Below are positions 35,153-46,800 of a stretch of 64,000 nt of DNA, one piece after another. The DNA comes from Mobula hypostoma (lineage: Eukaryota): positions 92,382,001 through 92,446,000 of the forward strand of contig NC_086097.1 in NCBI RefSeq assembly GCF_963921235.1, written 5' to 3'. Made by a program: the position numbers and the translations under genes. The notes beneath the pieces are model-generated. The model had not been told where the DNA came from and did not search any database. It saw only the letters and a list, made by a program, of their open reading frames with translations. Numbering within the stretch: the stretch's first letter is position 1; each line of letters begins with the position of its first letter.

Positions 35153-36344
35153 ACATGTATAACAATAGGTTAGAGGGTGGTAAACCCTGGAGAGTGTGCC
35201 TCACCTCCTGACAACCCAAACATTTCCACCTACAAGGCACACAACTGAAGTATGAGGAATACTCTCACTTGCTTAGATAAACACAGCCCCAACGTCATTA
35301 CATCATTAATGACAAAGCAGGCCCATCTGCCTCCATGAACAGTGAACACCTTCCTCAGCAGCACACAACTACAAAGTGCACTGTAGTTGCTCACTGAGGT
35401 TGCCCTGGTGAGCTTCCCTAACCTGTGGTGTCTACCACCAAATGGACAGCAGGTGCATGAGAACACCATAACCTGGTGGTCTGCCCACAAATTGCAGATT
35501 GCCCTGACCAGGAAATATACTGCCATTTTTTCATTGGGTTCACCCACTGCAACTAACTCCCCACCCCCATAGCATTGTGGAACTACTCGCTGGGACAACA
35601 GCGGCTAAGAAAGCTGCTTTTCTTCATCTTCTCAGAGCAATTTGGTATGGGAAATAAATGCTGGATGGCTTACATCAGATCCGAAAAATGAATTTTAAAA
35701 AATTAAGTGCATCTTGATTTCCGGTGAAAATATAGGCATGTACAGCACAGACATGTATTTATTGAATTCCGTGATGGATGTGATTTTCTCAAAAATTGAC
35801 CGCCAGCACAATCCATTCTGGGTTAAGTCGATTTAACATGGTTCGCGGATACACAAAACGTTGCTTTAAGGCCAGAACGGGAATGGAATGAAGAAGAAGC
35901 TTCAAATTTTCTGACAGAGTTGTGTCACTACTGTAGGCAAGCAGAATGTGGACAAAACAGTCAGGTGGTTGTGGTAATTAAGACCGGCATCTCAGTACCA
36001 AGTCCTCTGACTATTTGTAACATAGCAAGTTGACGTTGGTCTGGAACCAAAGGTTCAAAGGTTCAATATTCACCGTTGGTGAAATTTTCCAATTGCAGAA
36101 ATTAATAACATGAGAAATGACTGAGATTATATGCAGACAAAAGAGTTAGTGCCTATGGAATTTATACCCTGAGGTGGATAACATCAAGAATCTGCCAAAC
36201 AGACTTAGCTCACTGAGGCTAGTGCTATATGAACTACCTTGTAAATCTTGCTGAAAATGTTTTGAATAAAATCCAGAATGGGATTAACCAGCTTGCTTTC
36301 TCAAAGAGCTGACAAATACATTCTGGGCTAAATGGTCTTAACTA

Positions 36345-36900
36345 AACAGAGAACAATACAGCAGAGAACAGGTTCTTCAGTACAGAATATCTCTGTCAAC
36401 TGCAATGCCAATTTCAATTAATCCCATTTGCCTGCAGACGGCTATTTTCCCTCCATTCCTGCCTGTTCAAATGCCTCGTAAATGTTATTACAGCACCTGC
36501 TTCAACCATCTCCCTTAGCATACTGTTTCAGCCACCAAACAACCACGCTCTGTATAAAAAGCTTTGCATCACATATCTCCTATAACCTTTCCACCTCTCA
36601 CCTTCTATGGCATCTGCTCTTCTGGGCAAGAGACTTTGACTATCTACCCTATCTATTTTTCCTCATATATTTTTAAACTTCTGTCGAGTCACCCTTCAGC
36701 CTCTGATGCTCCAGGTAATACTCTCTAATCCAGGCAACATCCTGGTGGGCCTCTCCTGCACCCTCTGCAAAGCCTTGACAGCTGTTCTATAATGTGGTGG
36801 TTAGATTGCACAGTATGCTCCAAATGTTATCTCCAGCTAAGTTTTGCAACATGAGTTTTGCTCCTAAGTTCTACTCAGCACCCCAAAGAATGAAGGCAAT
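36345..36900 (-). mobile_element. CR1 3' fragment, degenerate
   Basis: aatccaggcaacatcctggtg...ctctcctgcaccctctgcaa; CR1-like 3' end. Confidence 0.7.
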
Positions 36901-38068
36901 TATAAACCATAAGACTTTATGGTTTTTGCTTAGTGGGCTGAATCTAGATGACCTACTGCCCTGGGCTGGCCATGCATGATCCCACCCTGCCAGAATAACT
37001 GCATATGTAGGGTCAATCAAGTTTATCCTCTGTGTCCAGGAAGCATCTGGCATTGCAAAGGTTTCAGTGAAGTGAGGGTCCAACAGCAGTGTGCCAACAG
37101 CCTTCAGCAAGATGCATGGATTAGGGCAGGGCTTTGCCTTCTGTCAAATGTCAATGAGTCCTCTTAATAGACTTCAAATGCGTCAGAGACAAAAGCACTT
37201 GAAAACATAAAATCACCACCAAGAAATCATTGAAAATCAAATGAGTAAGAATATGAAATTTTCCCCCCTAAATGGTGATTCCAATCCAATGCCAAGAATG
37301 GGCATGCACACATGTACACTGACCCGTTCACATACAACATCTGTCAAGGAACACTAACTTCAGGCTTTTCAAGAGAAGTGTTACAGGAAACTCTGCAGAC
37401 AGTATGTCACCAGCAGCATGATAAATACCTTCCAGTAGTCCTGACTAGAATCAGGAAGACCCATCACGTCCAGTGTTGTAGTCAATTGAAGAAAAAGGCA
37501 GAACAAAAACATACCTTACTGGGAATTACTAATATGTTCATGGGTAACTGCTAGAATTTGCTTCAGCTTAGTGGTGGCATATAGTAAGAGAGCATAACAG
37601 CACAGAAGCAGGCCCTTTGGCCCATCTAGTCTGTGCCAAACTGTTATTCTGCCTAGTCCCATTGACCTACACATGGACTATAGTCCTCAGTGCTCCTCCC
37701 ATACATGTACTGATCCAAATTTCTCATAAATTTTGTAAGCAAACCCATTTCTACCACTTCCGCTGGCAGCTCATTCCACACTTGCACCACCCTCTGAGTG
37801 AAGAAGTTCCCCTTAAACATTTCACCTTTCACCCTTAACCTATGTCCACCAGTTCTAGTCTCACCCAACCTCAGGAGAAAATTCCTGCTTACATTTACCT
37901 TATCTAGACCCCTCATAATTGTGTATACCTCCATCAAATCTCCCATTGTTCTCCTACGCTCCAGAAAACAGAGTCCTAACCTATTCAACCTTACCCTATA
38001 ACTCAGATCCTCAAGTTCCAGCAACATCTTTGTAAATTTTCTCTGCACTCTTTCAATCTTATTGATAT

Positions 38069-38948
38069 TGTTACGTACCCCGTAACTGGGTTGCCAAACC
38101 AGCAGAAATGGATCACTCAGTTGGAGTCTGGAGTACTAGAACTAAGAAAGTTTTATTAGAGAAACAAGCAATGCAATACTCTAATCAAAAGGATAATGAA
38201 TGCAACAGTTCAGCAATGATAAACATACATGTACACAGAATTCAGATAACAGGATCAATCAAGCTCTATCGTTGTCTAGGGGTAAATGACCAGTTTCAAA
38301 GTGACGCAAAGTTCAGTTCAATTTAGTTCAGTTCAGTTCGCAGTAATCACTGCCGTGGGAGATGGACAGTGTGGGGGGGGGAGGAGAGAGAGAGCAAAAC
38401 GAATGAATATTCAAACAGCTTCCACACACAGACCTTCGCAGTCAGCTGTCGGGCGAGCCCTTTGTGATGTCATCTGAGAACACCGACCATGACCCCTCAG
38501 TTTCCAGATACGATCGTTTCCCTGCGCTGAACCTGGCACCCAGGCAAGGGTAGACACACACCAGGTTCCCGCCGATCGTGCCTTTCCACCCTGTGCGTTT
38601 ATGGCCCGGTACTTCCCACCGACTTGTGAGAGACGCACCGCTTCCAGGGTCTTGTTACCTCGGGTGTTGTGTGTGTGTCGCCTTAGCAAACCTGTCCCTT
38701 TTTATCCCCCTGCTGGGGTATCACCTGTCCATCACTTCAAACAGTTCAGGGTTCAAAGGGGGAGCCGCTCCAGACAGCTCTCTCCTTCTGTTATTCTCTC
38801 TCCCGTCCCTTCATTACACATCTCCAAGTGCTGCTCCGTTGTTTTCCTTATCTCTCTCTCTCCTGAAGTCAGGTGGCAGACCAACTGCTGATTCCACTGG
38901 TGCCAGCCCAGGCCAGCTACATCTTAATCTATGTGTATTCTAGTCACA
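38069..38948 (-). mobile_element. Solo LTR (880 bp), probably Gypsy-type
   Basis: TGTTAC...GTCACA termini; 4-bp TSD ATAT (38065-38068, 38949-38952); minus-strand GATAAAAA (~38700) and AATAAA (~38155) give the orientation. Confidence 0.85.
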
Positions 38949-39407
38949 ATATCTTTGCTGTCAGCAGGTGACCAGAACTGAACAAAATACTGCAAATTTG
39001 GCCTTACCAATACTTTATTCTTCTTCAACATAACATCCCAACTCCTGTACTTAGTACCTTGATTTATGAAAGGCCAATGTGCCAAAAGCTCTCTCTATGA
39101 TCCTATCTATCAGTGTTGCCTTTTCAAGGAATTATGAATCTTTATTCCCAGATCCCTTTGTTCTACTGCACTCCTCGGTGTCCTAACATTCACTGTGTAA
39201 GTCCTCCCCTGCTTTGTTCTTCCAAAGTCCAACCGCTCACACTTGTCTGTATTAAATTCCATCTGCCCATTTTTCACCCTGTTCTTTCAGCTGGTCCAGA
39301 TCTCGCTGCAAGTTCTGATAGCCTTCCTCATTGTCCACCACTTCTCCAATTCTGGTGTCATTTGCAAATTTGCTGATCCAGTTTACCACATTATCTTCTA
39401 AATCACA

Positions 39408-40357
39408 AAAGTTTGAAGGTCAAAGTACATTTATTATCAAAGTATGTGTACATTATACAACCTTGAGATTCATCTATTTACAAAAAGCCACAAACCATGA
39501 AACCCAAGACAACCCATTTAAAAAAAAACGAGCACCCAATGTGCAGAAAGAAAGAAAAAAAAACAAATTATGCAAGCAATAAAAGTAGGCAAATTGAATT
39601 TAGAACGAAAGTGAGTCCTCAGACACGAAGCCCAGAGCAGTTGGAACAGGCCATAGCCTAAGCCTCAGTTCATCACACAGTGGAGTAAATGTACACAGAG
39701 CCTGGAACAGTTGGAACAGGCACAACCGAAGCCTCAGTTCATCACATGGCAGACTAAATGTCACAGAGCCCGGAGCAGCTGGAACAGGCCCTCAGCCTCA
39801 GTGCAGCGAAGAGCAGAGTAAAGGTCGCGGGGCCGCTGGCAGAACCAGCCCGATCCTTGCCACTGGTCCCGACACTCTGCCTTTTCAATCCATTGGTCTG
39901 GTGGTTGACTCATCCAAACTTCAGGTTGTTTCTCAGTCTAATACCCAGGCCCCATCACACTGATATGCTCTGGGCCTGGACCTTGCCACCACATTTCAGA
40001 CCACACCCAGTCTTTCCAAATCACCCCAGTGCTTAGATTGATCAAACCTCACTCTTGGTTTAGGTGGGTGGGCTCCAAATCTACCTCTCACACCACAACT
40101 TTGCCTCACATATGCCTCAACCTTGCTTTGACTTGTCCTCAAACACGCCTTGACCTCTCCCCGACTTCACCTCACACCCGAATGCTTGACCCTTGACTCA
40201 GCCTCTCTTTCGGTCACCTCTACATTGTTTGCAGTGATCGTTTTTTCTAATTTTTTTTACAGAATAAGTATTATTGGTAAAGTATTTAGTTGTAGTTCTT
40301 GTTTCAGAAACTGCCAGTAAGTTATAATCTACCTTCAGCAGCACCATTTTAAACTGG
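39408..40357 (-). mobile_element. Unclassified non-coding retroposon (~950 bp) with internal ~70-bp tandem repeat
   Basis: Interrupts CR1; minus strand begins ccagtttaaaatggtgc and ends gataataaatgtactttgac; three copies of gagc...cagttggaacaggc...agcctcagt at 39625-39820. Confidence 0.55.
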
Positions 40358-40721
40358 TAGATGTGGATGACAGAGCAACATACCCAACACTAACCCCTAT
40401 GGCACACCACCAGTCCCAGGCCTCCACAAGCATCTGCTACAACTCTGGCTTAGCCCACTAGGCCAATGTTGAATAAAATTTACTAATCCATCTGTTAAGC
40501 TCAATGGCCTATAACTTCCCAGCTTATGCTCAGAATGTTTTGTGAACGGTGGAACAACATTAGCTATCTTCCAGTCTTCTGACACCTCACCCGTAACTAA
40601 GGATGTATTAAATACTTCAATGTCTCTTTTACTTACTCAATTGCAAGGTCAGTAACTTAAATAAAGAAAAATTGAAATCTCATGATTTAAGTTTTTCATC
40701 TTTTACAAGCATGAGAAAGTT

Positions 40722-40839
40722 GGCAGATTCTGGAAATCACAAGCAACACATACAAAATGCTGAAAGAGCTCAGCAGCTCAGGAGGCATCGGTAGAAAGGA
40801 GCAAACAGTCGACGTTTATGACTGAGACACTTCTTCAGG
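40722..40839 (-). mobile_element. Penelope terminal-repeat remnant with decayed hammerhead
   Basis: gcagattctggaaat..aagcaacacatacaaaatgctg; minus strand of 40806-40839 reads cCTGAAGA-n13-TAAACGTCgactg. Confidence 0.75.
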
Positions 40840-40851
40840 GGAAAGAGCTGT

Positions 40852-43800
40852 CAGACCCAACTCCTCCAGCCCCAGAGACAACTCCTCCAGTCCCAGAGTC
40901 AACTCCTCCAGTCCCAGAGTCAACTCCTCCAGTCCGAGTCAACTCCTCCAGTCCCAGAGTCAACTCCTCCAGTCCGAGTCAACTCCTCCAGTCCCAGTGT
41001 CAACTCCTCCAGTCAGAGTCAACTCCTCCAGTACCAGAGTCAACTCCGCCACTCCGAGTCAACTCCTCCAGTCCCAGAGTCAACTCCTCCAGTCCGAGTC
41101 AACTCCTCCAGTCCCAGAGTCAACTCCTCCAGTCCGAGTCAACTCCTCCAGTCCAAGAATGAACTCCTCCAGACCCAGAGTCAACTCCTCCAGTCCGAAT
41201 GAACTCCTCCAGTCTGAGTCAAATCCTCCAGTCCCAGAGTCAACTCCTCCAGTCCGAGTCAACTCCTCCAGTCCGAGTCAACTCCTCCAGTCCCAGAGTG
41301 AACTCCTCCAGTCCAAGTCAACTCCTCCAGCCCCAGAGGAAAACTCCTCCGGTCCCAGAGACAACTCCTCCAGTCCGAGTCAACCCCTCCAGTCCAAGAG
41401 TCAACTTCTCCAGTCCGAGTCAACTCACGCTACCCGAGTCAACTCCTTCAGTCCGATCAACTCCTCCAGTCCCAGAGTCAACTCCTCCAGACCGAGTCAA
41501 ATCCTCCAGTCCGAGTCAACTTCTCCAGTCTGAGTCAAATCCTCCAGTCCCAGAATCAACTCCTCCAGTCCGAGTCAACTCCTCCAGTCCCAGAGTCAAC
41601 TCCTCCAGTCCGAGTCAAATCACCCTGCTTGAGTCAACTCCTTCAGTCAGAGTCAAATCCTCCAGTCCCAGAGTCAACTCCTCCAGTCCAAGAGTCAACT
41701 CCTCCAGTCCGAGTCAACTCCATCATTCTGAGTCAACTCCTCCACACCCAGAGTCAACTCCTCCAGTCCGAGTCAACTCCTCCAGTCCCAGAGTCAACTC
41801 CTCCAGTCCGAGTCAACTCCTCCAGTCCCAGAGTCAACTCCTCCAGTCCGAGTCAACTCTTCCAGTCCCCGAGTCAACACCTCCAGTCCGAGTCAACTCC
41901 TCCAGTCTCAGAGGCAAATCCCCCTGTGCAAGTCAATTCCTCCAGCCCCAGAGGCAACTCCTCCGGTCCCAGAGTCAACTCCTCCAGTCCAAGTCAACTC
42001 CTCCATTCCGAGTCAACTCCTCCAGTCCGAGTCAACTCCTCCAGTCCCAGAGTCAACTCCTCCAGTCCGAGTCAACTCCTCCAGTCCAGAGTCAACTCCT
42101 CCAGTCCCAGAGTCAACTCCTCCAGTCCGAGTCAACTCCTCCAGTCCGAGTCAACTCCTCCAGTCCGAGTCAACTCCCACTGTCCGAGTCAACTCCTTCA
42201 GTCCGAGTCAACTCCTCCAGCCCCAGAGGCAACTCCTCCCGTCCCAGAGTCAAATCCTCAAGACCGAGTCAACTCCTCCAGTCCCAGAGTCAACTCCTCC
42301 AGTCCGAGTCAACTCCTCCCAACCTGAGTCAACTCCTCCAGTCCCAGAGTCAACTCCTCCAGTCCGAGTCAACTCCTCCAGTCCCAGAGTCAACTCCTCC
42401 AGTCCGAGTCAACTCCTCCAGCCCCAGAGGCAACTCCTCCGGTCCCAGAGTCAACTCCTCCAGTCCGAGTCAACTCCTCCAGTCCCAGAGTCAACTCCTC
42501 CAGTCCGAGTCAACTCCTCCAGTCCCAGAGTCAACTCCTCCAGACCCAGAGACAACTCCTCCAGCCCCAGAGTCAACTCCTCCAGTCCCAGAGTCAACTC
42601 CTCCAGTCCCAGAGTCAACTCCTCCAGTCCGAGTCAACTCACCCTGCTTGAGTCAACTCCTTCAGTCCGAGTCAACTCCTCCAGTCCCAGAGTCAACTCC
42701 TCCAGTCCGAGTCAACTCCTCCAGTCCAAGAGTCAACTCCTCCAGTCCCAGAGTCAACTTATCCAGTCCGAGTCAACTCCTCCAGTCTGAGTCAAATCCT
42801 CCAGTCCCAGAATCAACTCCTCCAGTCCGAGTCAACTCCTCCAGTCCGAGTCAACTCCTCCAGTCTGAGTCAAATCCTCCAGTCCCAGAATCAACTCCTC
42901 CAGTCCGAGTCAACTCCTCCAGTCCCAGAGTCAACTCCTCCAGTCCGAGTCAACTCACCCTGCTTGAGTCAACTCCTTCAGTCAGAGTCAACTCCTCCAG
43001 TCCGAGTAAACTCCATCATTCTGAGTCAACTCCTCCAGACCCAGAGTCAACTCCTCCAGTCCGAGTCAACTTCTCCAGTCCGAGTCAACTCCTCCAGTCC
43101 GAGTCAACTCCTCCAGTCCCAGAGTCAACTCCTCCAGCCCCAGAGGCAACTCCTCCGGTCCCAGAGTCAACTCCTCCAGTCCCAGAGTCAACTCCTCCAG
43201 TCCGAGTCAACTCCTCCAGTCCGAGTCAACTCCTCCAGTCCCAGAGTCAACTCCCCCAGTCAGAGTCAACTCCTCCAGTCCCAGAGTCAACTCCTCCAGT
43301 CCGAGTCAACTCCTCCAGTCCCAGAGTCAACTCCTCCAGTCCCAGAGTCAACTCCTCCAGTCCGAGTCAACTCCTCCAGTCCCAGAGTCAACTCCTCCAG
43401 TCCCAGAGTCAACTCCTCCAGTCCGAGTCAACTCCTCCAGTCCCAGAGTCAACTCCTCCAGTCCGAGTCAACTCCTCCAGTCCGAGTCAACTCCTCCAGT
43501 CCCAGAGTCAACTCCTCCAGTCAGAGTCAACTCCTCCAGTCCCAGAGTCAACTCCTCCAGTCCGAGTCAACTCCTCCAGCCCCAGAGGCAACTCCTCCAG
43601 TCCCAGAGTCAACTCCTCCAGTCCGAGTCAACTCCTCCAGTCCGAGTCAACTCCTCCAGCACCAGAGTCAACTCCTCCAGTCCGAGTCAACTCCCCCTGT
43701 CCGAGTCAACTCCTTCAGTCCGAGTCAACTCCTCCAGACCCAGAGTCAACTCCTCCAGTCCGAGTCAACTCCTCCAGTCCGAGTCAACTCCTTCAGTCGG

Positions 43801-46800
43801 AGTCAACTCCTCCAGCACTAGAGGCAACTCCTCCCGTCCCAGAGTCAAATCCTCAAGACCGAGTCAACTCCTCCAGTCCCAGAGTCAACTCCTCCAGACC
43901 CAGAGACAACTCCTCCTGTCCGAGTCAACTCCTCCAGACCAAGAGTCAACAGCTCCAGTCCGAGTGAACTCCTCCAGTCCGAGTCAACTCCTCCAGACCC
44001 AGAGACAACTCCTCCAGCCCCAGAGGCAACTCCTCCGGTCCCAGAGACAACTCCTCCAGTCCGAGTCAACTCCTCCAGTCCAAGAGTCAACTCCTCCAGT
44101 CCGAGTCAACTCACCCTACCCGAGTCAACTCCTTCAGTCCGATCAACTCCTCCAGTCCCAGAGTCAACTCCTCCAGTCCGAGTCAACTCCTCCAGTCCCA
44201 GAGTCAACTCCTCCAGTCCCAGAGTCAACTCCTCCAGTCCGAGTCAACTCCTCCAGTCTGAGTCAAATCCTCCAGTCCCAGAATCAACTCCTCCAGTCCG
44301 AGTCAACTCCTCCAGTCCCAGAGTCAACTCCTCCAGTCCGAGTCAACTCACCCTACTTGAGTCAACTCCTCCAGTCCCAGAGTCAACTCCTCCAGTCCCA
44401 GAGTCAACTCCTCCAGTCCGAGTCAACTCCTCCAGTCTGAGTCAAATCCTCCAGTCCCAGAATCAACTCCTCCAGTCCGAGTCAACTCCTCCAGTCCCAG
44501 AGTCAACTCCTCCAGTCCGAGTCAACTCCTCCAGTCTGAGTCAAATCCTCCAGTCCCAGAATCAACTCCTCCAGTCCGAGTAAACTCCTCCAGTCTCAGA
44601 GTCAACTCGTCCAGTCCGAGTCAACTCACCCTACTTGAGTCAAATCCTCCAGTCCCAGAATCAACCCCTCCAGTCCGAGTCAACTCCTCCAGTCCCAGAG
44701 TCAACTCCTCCAGTCCGAGTCAAATCACCCAGCTTGAGTCAACTCCTTCAGTCAGAGTCAAATCCTCCAGTCCGAGAGTCAACTCCTCCAGTCAGAGTCA
44801 ACTCCTCCAGTCCCAGAGTCAACTCCTCCAGTCCGAGTCAACTCCTCCAGACCCAGAGTCAACTCCTCCAGTCCGAGACAACTCCTCCAATCCGAGTGAA
44901 CTCCTCCACTCTGAGTCAACTCCTCCAGTCCCAGAATCAACTCCTCCTGTCCAAGTCAGATCTCCAGTCCCAGAGTCAACTCCTCCAGTCCAAGTCAACT
45001 CCTCCAGCCCAGAGTCAACTCCTCCAGTCCGAGTCAACTCCTCCAGTCCCAGAGTCAACTCCTCCAGTCCGAGTCAACTCCTCCAGTCCAAGAGTCAACT
45101 CCTCCAGTCCCAGAGTCAACTCCCACTGTCCGAGTCAACTCCTTCAGTCAGAGTCAAATCCTCCAGTCCCAGAGTCAACTCCTCCAGTCCGAGTCAACTC
45201 CTCCAGTCCCAGAGTCAACTCCTCCAGTCCGAGTCAACTCCTCCAGCCGCAGAGGCAACTCCTCCGGTCCCAGAGTCAACTCCTCCAGTCCGAGTCAACT
45301 CCTCCATTCCGAGTCAACTCCTCCAGTCCGAGTCAACTCCTCCAGACCCAGAGTCAACTCCTCCAGTCCGAGTCAACTCCTCCAGTCCGAGTCAACTCCT
45401 CCAGACCCAGAGTCAACTCCTCCAGTCCGAGTCAACTCCTCCAGTCCCAGAGTCAACTCCTCCAGTCAAAGTCAACTCCTCCAGTCCCAGAGTCAACTCC
45501 TCCAGTCCGAGTCAACTCCTCCAGTCCCAGAGTCAACTCCTCCAGTCCCAGAGTCAACTCCTCCAGTCCGAGTCAACTCCCCCTGTCCGACTCAACTCCT
45601 CCAGACCCAGAGTCAACTCTTCCAGTCCGAGTCAACACCCCCTGTCCGAGTCAACTCCTTCAGTCCGAGTCAACTCCTCCAGCCCCAGAGGCAACTCCTC
45701 CGGTCCCAGAGTCAACTCCTCCAGACTGAGTCAACTCCTCCAGTCCGAGTCAACTCCTCCAGACCCAGAGTCAACTCCTCCAGTCCGAGTCAACTCCTCC
45801 ATTCCGAGTCAACTCCTCCAGTTAGAGTTAACTCCTCCAACACCAGAGTCAACTCTTCCAGTCTGAGTCAACACCCCCTGTCCGAGTCAACTCCTTCAGT
45901 CAGAGTCAACTCCTCCAGTCCCAACCTCAACTTCTCCTGTCCCAGAGTGAATTCCTCCAGTCCGAGTCAACTCCTCCAGTCCGAGTCAACTCCTCAAGTC
46001 CGAGTCAACTCCTCCAGTCCAGAGTCAACTCCTCCAGTCCGAGACAACTCCTCCATTCAGAGTCAACTCCTCCAGTCCGAGTCAATTCCTCCAGACCGAG
46101 TCAACTCCTCCAGACGCAGAGTCAACTCCCCCAGTCCGAGTCAACTCACCCTGCTTGAGTCAACTCCTCCAGTCCAGGTCAACTCCTTCAGTCCGAATCA
46201 ACTCCTCCAGTCCCAGAGTCAACTCCTCCAGTCCGAGTCAACTCCATCATTCTGAGTCAACTCCTCCACACCCAGAGTCAACACCTTCAGTCCGATCAAC
46301 TCCTCCACACCCAGAGTCAACACCTCCAGTCCAGAGTCAACTTCTCCAGTCCGAGTCAACTCCTCAAGTCCGAGTCAACTCACCCTGCTTGAGTCAACTC
46401 CTCCAGTCCGAGTCAACTCCTCCACACCCAGAGTCAACACCTCCAGTCCCAGAGTTAACTCCTCCAGTCCGAGTCAACTCCCCTTGTCCGAGTCAACTCC
46501 AGCAGTCCGAGTCAAATCCTCCAGCCCCAGAGGCAACTCCTCCAGTCCGAGTCAACTCCTCCATTCCGAGTCGACTACTCCAGTCCAAGAGTCAACTCCT
46601 CCAGACCGAGTGAACTCCTCCAGTCTGAGTCAACTCCTCCAGTCCCAGAATCAACTCCTCCAGTCCCAGAATCAACTCCTCCAATCCGAGTCAACTCCTC
46701 CAGTCCCAGAGTCAACTCCTCCAGTCCGAGTCAACTCACCCTGCTTGAGTCAACTCCTCCAGTCCGAGTCAACTCCTCCAGTCCAAGAGTCAACTCCTCC

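Larger units (their letters stand above)
32990..35660 (+). mobile_element. Ancient CR1/L2-group LINE remnant (32990-33176 and 35153-35660) split by a young CR1
   Basis: cacattcaatggcattac...ctgggggtgacattgaccagaaa, continuing cacctcctgac...tacaaggcaca...gaatactctcacttgc. Confidence 0.55.
37592..40610 (-). mobile_element. CR1 LINE, degenerate, interrupted by a solo LTR and a second insert
   Basis: ORF 37653..38048 and ORF 40397..40585 (EDWKIANV...YRPLSL). Confidence 0.8.
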
